64,000 nt of DNA from Thermoplasmata archaeon (GTDB taxonomy: Archaea > Thermoplasmatota > Thermoplasmata > Thermoplasmatales > GCA-001856825), in contig JAJYUZ010000002.1 in the NCBI GenBank assembly GCA_021792255.1, positions 245,332 through 309,331 on the forward strand. The letters run 5' to 3'. Every line of letters starts with the position of its first letter. Positions within the stretch are counted from its first letter, which is position 1. The notes beneath the pieces are model-generated. The model saw only the letters and a program-made list of their open reading frames with translations, ran no database searches and had not been told where the DNA came from. The position numbers were made by a program, and so were the translations under genes. This document shows, piece after piece, positions 55,851-64,000 of this stretch.

Positions 55851-56720
55851 CTATTTCCTCCTGACAATATACTTTGAAATCAAAATCAGGGCAGTTACGC
55901 TCAGTACGAGTATCATGGCCGACACGAATGCCAGATCGTGAGAGTAGGTAGTTGGCTCGTTAATTCCAGTCCATACAACGTATGTTAAATACGCTACCTG
56001 AGAGTGCAAGAATCCCGTCGGAAGTGCATTGTTGAACCCCGCTGAATAGATAAGCTGTGCAGTCTCTCCCGCAGATATGCTGACTGCAAGAAGTATTCCG
56101 GACAGAATACCGACCTTTGCTTGTGGAAGGTATATTCTTGATGCAACTCTTATGTCGTCCGCCCCCAGTGCATAAGCGTTCTCTATCTGTTCCTTTGGGA
56201 TGTTCTTGAAGGAAATTTCTATGATTCTCAGTAGATATGGGAGCATCATCACTGATAGCGCAAGACCACCCGCGATCAGCGAAAACCCCATGTGATATCT
56301 TATCACTAGAACCAGGTACGCAAATAGACCTATTACTATGGAAGGAACGCTCGTAAGAACATCAGTAAAGAGACGAGCCGCAGAAGATATTGTACCATTT
56401 GATTTGGCGTTGACTATGTAGAGTGCCCCAAGGAGGCTGGGTGGGAGGGAAAACACAAGTCCCATCCCGACTAGCATCCAAGTCCCAACAATTGCATTTA
56501 GTACCCCTCCTGAAGACGTATTTCCAAACGTGCTCAGAATTTTCCAGGTTATATGTGTAGCTCCAGCATTGAGGACGTAGATGAAGATCGAAATCAGGAT
56601 TACTATCATTGTGCCAAGGACCACGAAGCTAAGTGCATTAGCTACCTTGTCCTTGACCCTCCTCGTACTGACACTCTTCCACTTCAATTCTGTCTGATCC
56701 TTGGCATAAGAGTTAGTCAC
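55851..56720 (-). CDS. pstA: phosphate ABC transporter permease PstA
   Basis: Six-TM permease with the EAA-loop region ENAYALGADDIRVASRIYLP. Its position is between pstC and pstB. Confidence 0.85.
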   Translation of the reverse strand: MTNSYAKDQTELKWKSVSTRRVKDKVANALSFVVLGTMIVILISIFIYVLNAGATHITWKILSTFGNTSSGGVLNAIVGTWMLVGMGLVFSLPPSLLGALYIVNAKSNGTISSAARLFTDVLTSVPSIVIGLFAYLVLVIRYHMGFSLIAGGLALSVMMLPYLLRIIEISFKNIPKEQIENAYALGADDIRVASRIYLPQAKVGILSGILLAVSISAGETAQLIYSAGFNNALPTGFLHSQVAYLTYVVWTGINEPTTYSHDLAFVSAMILVLSVTALILISKYIVRRK

Positions 56721-57690
56721 TTTCGTACCCCCTTAGTGCCCCTCTCCCTGCGATCTTTCTTCCAATGACGCTCGCGGCGAGGGCAATTAACATCAGAACC
56801 ATTGCCAGCTCTGCGAGTGCGGCAAGATTCATTCCAGTCGAGTCAGTGAATGCGCTGTCCAAGAGGGATGCGATTGCAGCTGCCATAGTATTGGTTGCTG
56901 AATATAGGTTACTAGGCAGAACATTGGTTACTGCGCCGCTGACCATAAGGACGGCCATAGTTTCTCCAAGTGCTCTCCCGATTCCGAGGAGAGTTCCACC
57001 TACGGTAGAAGCCCTGGAATAGCGGGTAATCAAGTATTTGCCGACCTCCCATTTTGTTGCACCCAAAGAAAAAAGGCCGTCCTTGACTTCCTTGGGTACT
57101 GTGTCGAACGAATTCACTATGACCGAGGTGACGATTGGTGTTATCATGAAGCTAAGGATGATTCCCGAAGCTATCAGTCCCGCACCGCTGTATATCTCTC
57201 CCTTGAATCCAGGGATAAAAGAGAGGTGCTGTGCCATCCACGGTTCTATATTGTTGAAGAGCAAGGGTTCAAGAACGATTATTCCCCACAGTCCGTAAAC
57301 GACGCTAGGAATTCCAGCGAACAGCTCAATCATAGACACCACGAATTTCTTTATCCTAGCTGGAAGATATAGCTCAACGTTCAGTGACACCAGGAAGCTA
57401 ACAGGGAAAGCGATAAATATGGCCAAAGCAGACGTGCTCAGGGTCCCTAAAAGGAATAAGTCCAAACCGAAGGATGATCCAGCCGGGGCAGGCACTCCGT
57501 GTCTTATTATGGGGGCCTGGAATTGGAATCCGGGATTCCACAGATAGGTCGTAAAGAATGAAATTCCGTTGTACTTTATAGATGGTATTGAGTAGTATAC
57601 TACAAAAACGATAATGGAAATGAGGACCACCGCTGGTACGGCGGCCATCAGTAGAGTAAGAAAATTGAAAAATTTATTAGACGTTTTCAT
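56713..57690 (-). CDS. pstC: phosphate ABC transporter permease PstC
   Basis: Permease with the EAA-loop KDGLFSLGATKWEV, and GRALGETMAV is typical of PstC. It lies directly downstream of pstS. Confidence 0.85.
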   Translation of the reverse strand: MKTSNKFFNFLTLLMAAVPAVVLISIIVFVVYYSIPSIKYNGISFFTTYLWNPGFQFQAPIIRHGVPAPAGSSFGLDLFLLGTLSTSALAIFIAFPVSFLVSLNVELYLPARIKKFVVSMIELFAGIPSVVYGLWGIIVLEPLLFNNIEPWMAQHLSFIPGFKGEIYSGAGLIASGIILSFMITPIVTSVIVNSFDTVPKEVKDGLFSLGATKWEVGKYLITRYSRASTVGGTLLGIGRALGETMAVLMVSGAVTNVLPSNLYSATNTMAAAIASLLDSAFTDSTGMNLAALAELAMVLMLIALAASVIGRKIAGRGALRGYESD

Positions 57691-57699
57691 TCGCTGCCT

Positions 57700-60642
57700 C
57701 TATCCCGTTATCTTGTTTACCATTGGGTCCACTATCTGCTGGACAACCGAAGATGGTAGAGCAACCAGATTGAAAGACTGAAGGTACGTCGCCGCTGCTC
57801 CTCCGTTAGGGCTCACCGCCCACTGTATGAAAGCCTGAAGTGCAGATGCAACTGCTGCACTGGTCTGATTCTGTTTAACGATGATGTACTCCATGTCCGC
57901 TATTGGATACGAGTAGTTACCTGGTGCATACTGAAGTCTTACGGTTCCGTTAGAAGGTATCTGTGATAGATAGTGTGAAGCTGCATTAGACACATTTTGA
58001 ACCGTGGGAGCAACGAACTGGCCCTGCTGATCTTCGAGGTTGGCTACTCCAAAGTGGTCTGCGACAACCGAGCTTTGGTATGTGGCAGCTATGTAGCTTA
58101 TAGAGTAGGGTGTCGAGGCCATTGTTGATATGATGCCAGAGTTTCCATTTCCCGTTTCGGATCCTGCAACCGATGGCCAGTTCACTGCCGTTCCATATGA
58201 GACTCTATTGTTCCAGGTCGCATTCGAGTAACTCAGGAACGAAGTGAACATGAACGTGTCTCCGCTCCCATCCGATCTATGTACGGGTACTATCGTGTGA
58301 TTCGGTAGTGTGACTCCTGGATTCAATGCCGCAATCGCAGGACTGTCCCAGTTGGTTATTGTTCCCATGTATATTCCCGAAATCACGTTTCCGTTGAGAT
58401 TCAACGAGGTATTCAGTCCAGGTACATTGTATGCAACGTACTGGTACGATATCATTATCGGAATATTCATTGCCCATGGGTCCTTCTGGGCCAGGCTGGG
58501 CGGCATGTATGCATCAGAGGCACCTATGACTACAGTCCCTGCGATAGCACTAGAAATTCCGGTCCCACTTCCTGTCGCTAGAGTCGTTATGGTGGAACCG
58601 GTGTAGTTGGCAGACCACGAGTTGAACACAGGATATAGTAGAGTGGACCCGGACTCCGAAAGTGTCACGAGCTGAGCCGAAGATATAGACGTCGAGATTT
58701 GGTTCACTAATGGCTCTACGACTTTTGCTATAACGCTGGAAGGTAGAGGCACAAGGTTGAACTCACTCAGATACTTTGCCTCAGCGCCTCCATTTGCTCC
58801 TACCGCCCAGAGTATGAAATTCTTTAGTGCTGTAGCCGTAGCCAGGTTGGTCTGATTTTGCTTGACGATTATGTACTCCATATCAGATATTGGGTATGAG
58901 TTGTTACCCGGGGCATATTGGAGTCGGACCGTACCATTCGCAGGTATCTCCGTGAGATAGTGTGAGGCTGCAAGAGAAACATTCTGGACTGTCGGCGCTA
59001 CAAACTGGCCGTTCTGGTTCTCAAGGTTTGCAACGTGGAATCCAGCCGAATTGACCTGAGTCTCGTAGGTCGCCGCGATGTAACCTATTGAATATGGTGT
59101 GGTAGACATTGTGCTTATAATCCCAGAGTTTCCATTGCCCGTCACTGAACCCGCTATAGAGGGCCAATTGACAGAGGTACCGTACGAAACCTTACTGTTC
59201 CAAGTAGAATTTGAGTAACTCAAGAACGAGGTGAACATGAAAGTGTCGCCACTGCCGTCAGACCTGTGTACGGGAATGATCGTATGGTCTGGTAGTGTGA
59301 CGCCAGGATTCAGACCTTGAATTGCGGGGTCGTTCCACTTTGTGATAGTCCCCATGTATATTCCAGCAAGCACATTTCCGTTAAGATTCAGAGACGTATT
59401 TACACCCGGAATATTGTAAGCTACATATTGGTAAGATATCATTATGGGTACATTCATAACCCAAGGATATTTTTGAGCAATGCTGTACGGCATATAGGCG
59501 TCAGATGCCCCAATTATAACGGTTCCAGAGATGGCACTCGATATTCCAGTACCGCTTCCTGTGGCTATCGTCGTAATGGTGTTATTGGTGTAATTTCCAG
59601 CCCACGCATTGAATACGGGATACAAGAGAGTCGATCCGGACTCGGAAAGAGTTACTAGAGTTGCTCCAGATATGGATGTGGATATCTGACCTACCAGTGG
59701 AACTACAACCTTCGTGACAACATTTGAAGGTATGGCTACAAGGTTGAACGCACTCAGATACCTGTCAGCTGCTCCTCCGTTCGGACTTACTGCCCAGGTG
59801 ATGAACGCCTTTAGGGCATTAGCTACTGCTGCACTGGTCTGATTCTGTTTTACAACAATGTACTCCATATCCGCTATTGGATAAGAGTTGTTTCCTGGTG
59901 CATATTGAAGAGCTACCGTTCCATTCGCTGGTATCTCGGTGAGATAGTGGGAAGCAGCAGTCGAAACGTTAGCAACTGTTGGGGCAACGAATTGTCCCAC
60001 TTGGTTTTCCAATTTAGCTGTGTGGAAGCCAGCTGCATTGACCTGGGTCTGGTAAGTCGCAGCAATGTATCCAATGGAATATGGCGTGGAGTTCATCGTG
60101 CTGATGATCCCTGCATTCTGTTCTCCTGTACGTGCTGCTGGTACCGATGGCCAGTTAACGCTGGTTGCAAATCCAACTTGCTTTGCCCAGGTAGAATTTG
60201 ATTTGCTAAGGAACGAAGTGAACATGAACGTGTCTCCGCTCCCATCCGATCTATGTACGGGTACTATCGTGTGATTCGGTAGTGTGACTCCTGGATTCAA
60301 TGCCGCAATCGCAGGACTGTCCCAGTTGGTTATTGTTCCTAAGAAGATTCCTGCTATGACGTTTCCATTGAGGTTTAGAGTAGCCGCAAAACTAGGAATA
60401 TTGTAAGCAATATACTGGTACGATATCATTATCGGAATGTTCATTGCCCACGAATTTTGGTTGGCTACGCTATAGGGCATGTACGCATCCGAAGCACCAA
60501 TAACCACAGTCCCCGCAAGGGCGCTCGATATTCCGGTTCCACTTCCTGTTGATAGTGTCGTAATCGTAGCGTTAGTATAGTTACCAGCCCAGGCATTGAA
60601 AACTGGATACAACAAGGACGATCCAGACTCTGAGAGAGTGAC
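57700..60642 (-). repeat. three in-frame tandem copies of a ~987-bp pstS unit
   Basis: Unit boundaries are at roughly 60642, 59655 and 58670 (VTLSESG codons). The copies have diverged, apart from a 111-bp perfect match between units 1 and 3. Confidence 0.85.
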
Positions 60643-60753
60643 CTTTGCTGGCTGTGTGTTGTGGTGTTCCGAAAGGACCACCGTAGCTACGGCTCCGACA
60701 ACAACAATTAAGACGACTGCAACTGCAATAATTGCTATTGTTGATCTATTCAT
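57700..60753 (-). CDS. pstS: phosphate-binding protein with three tandem PstS domains and an N-terminal membrane anchor
   Basis: 1017 aa with a TM anchor at aa 5-27. There are three ~329-aa units, each starting VTLSESGS-LLYPVFN-W and containing TGSGTGISS, GASDAYM and PVHRSDGSGDTFMFTSFLS, the PstS phosphate-binding motifs. Confidence 0.85.
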   Translation of the reverse strand: MNRSTIAIIAVAVVLIVVVGAVATVVLSEHHNTQPAKVTLSESGSSLLYPVFNAWAGNYTNATITTLSTGSGTGISSALAGTVVIGASDAYMPYSVANQNSWAMNIPIMISYQYIAYNIPSFAATLNLNGNVIAGIFLGTITNWDSPAIAALNPGVTLPNHTIVPVHRSDGSGDTFMFTSFLSKSNSTWAKQVGFATSVNWPSVPAARTGEQNAGIISTMNSTPYSIGYIAATYQTQVNAAGFHTAKLENQVGQFVAPTVANVSTAASHYLTEIPANGTVALQYAPGNNSYPIADMEYIVVKQNQTSAAVANALKAFITWAVSPNGGAADRYLSAFNLVAIPSNVVTKVVVPLVGQISTSISGATLVTLSESGSTLLYPVFNAWAGNYTNNTITTIATGSGTGISSAISGTVIIGASDAYMPYSIAQKYPWVMNVPIMISYQYVAYNIPGVNTSLNLNGNVLAGIYMGTITKWNDPAIQGLNPGVTLPDHTIIPVHRSDGSGDTFMFTSFLSYSNSTWNSKVSYGTSVNWPSIAGSVTGNGNSGIISTMSTTPYSIGYIAATYETQVNSAGFHVANLENQNGQFVAPTVQNVSLAASHYLTEIPANGTVRLQYAPGNNSYPISDMEYIIVKQNQTNLATATALKNFILWAVGANGGAEAKYLSEFNLVPLPSSVIAKVVEPLVNQISTSISSAQLVTLSESGSTLLYPVFNSWSANYTGSTITTLATGSGTGISSAIAGTVVIGASDAYMPPSLAQKDPWAMNIPIMISYQYVAYNVPGLNTSLNLNGNVISGIYMGTITNWDSPAIAALNPGVTLPNHTIVPVHRSDGSGDTFMFTSFLSYSNATWNNRVSYGTAVNWPSVAGSETGNGNSGIISTMASTPYSISYIAATYQSSVVADHFGVANLEDQQGQFVAPTVQNVSNAASHYLSQIPSNGTVRLQYAPGNYSYPIADMEYIIVKQNQTSAAVASALQAFIQWAVSPNGGAAATYLQSFNLVALPSSVVQQIVDPMVNKITG

Positions 60754-60923
60754 ATACTCTCAAATCAGCGAGCCACTGTCAATATTAATTTAAATTCCAA
60801 TGAGTTTACGCTAAGTCACCAAATGAAAGTAGCGGCACTTACAATACGTAGCCGACAGTACTCTCTATACTACTATTTTCTCTAAGGTCACAAAGAAGTT
60901 AACGCATCATAGGGTTGATAACT

Positions 60924-62363
60924 ATGAGTACCAGCGTATTCAAAGACTTAGACAATACTCCGCTGGGGATGAACCATCTCAAGGTCTGGTTCACCTCAGG
61001 CATGGGCTTTTTCACAGACGCATATGACCTTTTCATCATAGGCATTGTTCTGTTGCTATTGGAAGGAAGCTTGCCGACCTCTTTTCATATAGCCTCGGGC
61101 AACGCTTTTATCGGCGCAGGACTCCTCGGATCGTCTGCGATAATAGCAGCAATCTTCGGCCAAGTGATCTGGGGTACTCTAGCAGATAAGCTAGGTAGAA
61201 AGTCAATTTATGGAATAGAGGCGGCTATTCTCGCCACGGGAGCGCTGCTCAGCGCATTCGCCTGGAGTTATTGGTCACTCTTTTTGTTCAGATTCATACT
61301 CGGATTTGGAATCGGAGGAGACTACCCCATAAGTGCTACGATTATGAGCGAATACTCGAATTCAAAAGACAGAGGGAAATTGGTAGCGTTAACCTTTGCT
61401 AATCAGGGAATTGGATCGGTAGCAGCAGTTCTAGTCGGCCTGGTGGCAGTCACTATTTTGCCTCCTGAGTTCGCATGGAGATTCATGCTGGGCTTTGGAG
61501 CAATTCCAGCACTATTAGTTGTATACTTGAGAAGGAAACTCCCAGAAACACCAAGGTTCTCAGCCCTTGTTAAGAACAACGGCGCCGGAGCAAACAAGGC
61601 AGCGAAATTCATAAACAAGGACGCTAAAATAGATACTTCCGCCAAATCCAGTGTATCTTCGATCAGGACGTTCTTCAGCAACTATTGGTCGATGTTGATT
61701 GTTACTGCAGGCAGCTGGTTCCTTCTAGATATGGCTTTTTATGGTACCGGAATTTTCTCAGGACCAATTACCAGTCAAATCTTACCGACTTCGTCACTAG
61801 CAGGAAAAATCGTAATCGCAGGGATTCCTTTCATGGTAGGGTTTTTCGGTTACTTCACATCAGTTGGCCTGATGGATAGGGCGGGGCGAAAGACCCTTCA
61901 AATTGCAGGATTCATAGGCATGGCAGTACTGTACTTTGCTGTTGCTTCACTGATGTTGACCAAAGGAACAAAGATTACAGGTTTTCTCCTACCCTCTACA
62001 CTGATGCTAGCTCTGTACGCTTTGACCTACTTCTTTATAGACATGGGACCAAACACAACGACATTTGTAGTGCCAGCCGAAATATATCCAGTAAAGTACA
62101 GAACGACGGGCCACGGTATATCGGCCGCATCAGGAAAGATCGGTGCTGCAATCACCACTTTCTTCTTCGTTGATCTACTTGCATCCGTTGGTCTGAGAGA
62201 AGTTCTTTTCCTACTTGCAGGCGTCTCAGTAGTTGGAGCGTTGCTCTCAATATTCCTTAAGGAGACCAAGCACCTGAGCTTGGAAGACGCTTCTTCAGAT
62301 AGAATAGTGGAGAACAAGAAACTCGACTCTGAACCTTCGGTTCCAACCCCAACCAGTGAGTAA
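60924..62363 (+). CDS. MFS inorganic phosphate:H+ symporter (Pho84/PHS family)
   Basis: 12-TM MFS protein with GTLADKLGRK, GFGIGGDYPISATIMSEYSNSKDRGK, PETPRF and AGRK. The longest ORF starts at TTG 60915. Confidence 0.85.
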   Translation: MSTSVFKDLDNTPLGMNHLKVWFTSGMGFFTDAYDLFIIGIVLLLLEGSLPTSFHIASGNAFIGAGLLGSSAIIAAIFGQVIWGTLADKLGRKSIYGIEAAILATGALLSAFAWSYWSLFLFRFILGFGIGGDYPISATIMSEYSNSKDRGKLVALTFANQGIGSVAAVLVGLVAVTILPPEFAWRFMLGFGAIPALLVVYLRRKLPETPRFSALVKNNGAGANKAAKFINKDAKIDTSAKSSVSSIRTFFSNYWSMLIVTAGSWFLLDMAFYGTGIFSGPITSQILPTSSLAGKIVIAGIPFMVGFFGYFTSVGLMDRAGRKTLQIAGFIGMAVLYFAVASLMLTKGTKITGFLLPSTLMLALYALTYFFIDMGPNTTTFVVPAEIYPVKYRTTGHGISAASGKIGAAITTFFFVDLLASVGLREVLFLLAGVSVVGALLSIFLKETKHLSLEDASSDRIVENKKLDSEPSVPTPTSE

Positions 62364-62387
62364 TTTTTTTCTATTTTCTTTTTTTTT
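62364..62387 (+). terminator. oligo-T terminator after the MFS phosphate transporter gene
   Basis: TTTTTTTCTATTTTCTTTTTTTTT lies immediately after the TAA stop. Archaeal terminators are typically oligo-T tracts. Confidence 0.45.
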
Positions 62388-62501
62388 GAAAATTTTAAGT
62401 TCACGATTTCTGTCAATCAGTTGGATAGTTGAAAAGACCCAATGTCTAAAAGATAATTACCAAAAGGTAAAGATTTTATCACGTCTCTAATATGATGGTG
62501 C

Positions 62502-63956
62502 ATGGAACTTACCAATGGAGAAAAGAAGCTCATAAAATATCTGACGGGGAAGGGGTATGTCCTAACAGACGATCTCTTCAAGGTATATGACAAGAATGAA
62601 GTTACGAGTTCCATCTCGTGGTTAAGAGAAAAAAAGATAATCAGCGTCATAGAGAAACCTATCACTTACTTTTCCATTGGACCCGAAGGAATTAAGGTAA
62701 TGGCGTCAGGTCTTCCAGAAGAGAGGCTTCTACAGCTTTACAATTCTGGACAGAGGAAGACGATCGAGCTGGAAAGCATAATGGGGGACGACTTGAGGTA
62801 CGGTCTCGCTCAGGTGTTCAAGAACGGAGGAAGGGTGGTGAACGGAGAACTGTTCATCGAGGGAGATCAAAAGATTCAAGATCAAATCTCGCGGACTAAG
62901 CATGCTCTGGAAATGGCAAAGGAAGGAAAGCTGAATAGTCAAGATGCTCAACTCCTCAAGCCCAGGAAGGGCTTCATCAGCGAGAAAGTGAGGATGGAGA
63001 GAACGATCAAGTTGACCGCCTTAGGCGAACAGATTGCACCTGAATTGCTGGAGGAAAGCGAGGAAATTAGTCAGATTACTCCCGAGATCATAGAGAAGTT
63101 CGATTCCAGCATGCGTCTTAGACCCTATGATCCCACCCTATATGCTCCGAGATACCTGCCGGGGAAGATACATCCACTATCGGAATTCATAGAAGAAGTG
63201 CGAGCGGTCATGCTGGAGATGGGATTTAAGGAGCTCAAAGGGCAGATAGTAGAGACGGCTTTCTGGAACATGGACATGCTCTTCATTCCACAGGATCATC
63301 CTGCTCGGGACATGCAGGATACGCTGTACGTTAAAGGAAATGGTGAGATAGACCCAGTACTCGCAAGAAAGGTAAAGAGAGTCCACGAAAAGGGAATAGC
63401 GGGTTCCAAGGGATGGCAGTATAAATGGTCTAAAAAAGAAGCCGAGAAGCTACTCCTGAGGACACATACCACAGTGAATACCATCAGATATATCGTTGAA
63501 CATCCCGAGGAAGAATGCAAGATATTCTCGGTGGAAAAGATCTTCAGGAGAGAAAATCTGGATGCGAAGCATCTTGCAGAATTTGCACAAGTCGAGGGAG
63601 TAATTTCAGGAAAGGGTGTGACATTCGGGGTGTTAATCGACACTCTTGAGTCGTTCTATCACAGACTCGGTGTCAAAGACGTGTGGGTCAAACCCAGTTA
63701 CTTCCCATACACGGAACCTTCGCTAGAAGTTCACGGGACCTTCAGAGGAAAGGACATGGAGCTAGGAGGTGCGGGGATGTTCAGACCAGAAATTCTAAGA
63801 CCGTGGGGTATCAAGTACAACGTCGCAGCTTGGGGACTTGGCCTGGAGAGGCTTCTGATGACGGTACTGAACCTAGAAGATATCAGGGACATATACAGGA
63901 ATGACCTCTCTTTTCTTAAAGAAAGAAAGATTCTGAAGAATCTGTTCGAAGTCTAG
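62502..63956 (+). CDS. pheS: phenylalanine-tRNA ligase alpha subunit (archaeal type)
   Basis: An N-terminal winged-helix repeat region, then the class II core: HPLSEF, PQDHPARDMQDT, LRTHTT, FRRE, and GAGMFRPE...AWGLGLERL (motif 3). Confidence 0.95.
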   Translation: MELTNGEKKLIKYLTGKGYVLTDDLFKVYDKNEVTSSISWLREKKIISVIEKPITYFSIGPEGIKVMASGLPEERLLQLYNSGQRKTIELESIMGDDLRYGLAQVFKNGGRVVNGELFIEGDQKIQDQISRTKHALEMAKEGKLNSQDAQLLKPRKGFISEKVRMERTIKLTALGEQIAPELLEESEEISQITPEIIEKFDSSMRLRPYDPTLYAPRYLPGKIHPLSEFIEEVRAVMLEMGFKELKGQIVETAFWNMDMLFIPQDHPARDMQDTLYVKGNGEIDPVLARKVKRVHEKGIAGSKGWQYKWSKKEAEKLLLRTHTTVNTIRYIVEHPEEECKIFSVEKIFRRENLDAKHLAEFAQVEGVISGKGVTFGVLIDTLESFYHRLGVKDVWVKPSYFPYTEPSLEVHGTFRGKDMELGGAGMFRPEILRPWGIKYNVAAWGLGLERLLMTVLNLEDIRDIYRNDLSFLKERKILKNLFEV

Positions 63957-64000
63957 AGTACGTTTTCAAGTTCCTTTTGAATTCCTTTCTTCTCTCTCTT

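Noticed and set aside
57700-60753. Large tandem DNA repeats (~987 bp, three copies), considered as a satellite or CRISPR-like array.
   Set aside because: The repeats are in frame within one long ORF, and each encodes a complete PstS domain. There is no short repeat-spacer structure, and no CRISPR array is visible anywhere in the window.

Overview
Archaeal chromosome segment, about 60 protein genes plus one 5S rRNA, tRNA-Pro(CGG) and tRNA-Val(UAC). Gene content points to a Thermoplasmatales-like acidophile: thermosome, FEN1, RadB, archaeal-type ProRS and PheRS-alpha, an rRNA-operon-independent 5S gene, an alkyltransferase-EndoV fusion of the kind described in Ferroplasma, and G1 and S53 acid proteases. 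Core blocks are: tRNA/DNA maintenance (truA, AGT-EndoV, rnz, thiI, tsaC-like, map, tmk, fen, radB); a beta-oxidation cluster (acyl-CoA synthetase, fused hydroxyacyl-CoA dehydrogenase/enoyl-CoA hydratase, thiolase); ftsY-pfdA-pgk-amidohydrolase-trxB-thermosome; ADP-forming acetyl-CoA synthetase; glnA; proS; a phosphate-uptake locus (pstSCAB divergent from a Pho84-type MFS transporter); and pheS. Two visibly AT-richer accessory patches stand out. (i) 33.7-42.4 kb holds secreted acid proteases. Two of them end in a Hedgehog-like GlyGly-Cys junction followed by a terminal Hint-like domain. Each of these two is divergently paired with a membrane-tethered winged-helix regulator gene across an intergenic region carrying the same perfect 21-bp palindrome. 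One regulator copy is fused to a seryl-tRNA synthetase 3' fragment, and one protease gene is broken by a 1-nt frameshift. (ii) 49.2-52.5 kb lies next to tRNA-Val and holds a G1 protease cassette flanked by IS630-like debris and an IS5-like transposase with an A8G slippery run. Other notable items are a 1017-aa triple-tandem PstS with a 111-bp perfect conversion tract, a free-standing ThrRS-type editing domain, and a mini heme-copper-oxidase-subunit-I-like membrane protein. All family assignments come from motif recognition by eye. No database search, HMM or folding was run, and start codons are often uncertain.
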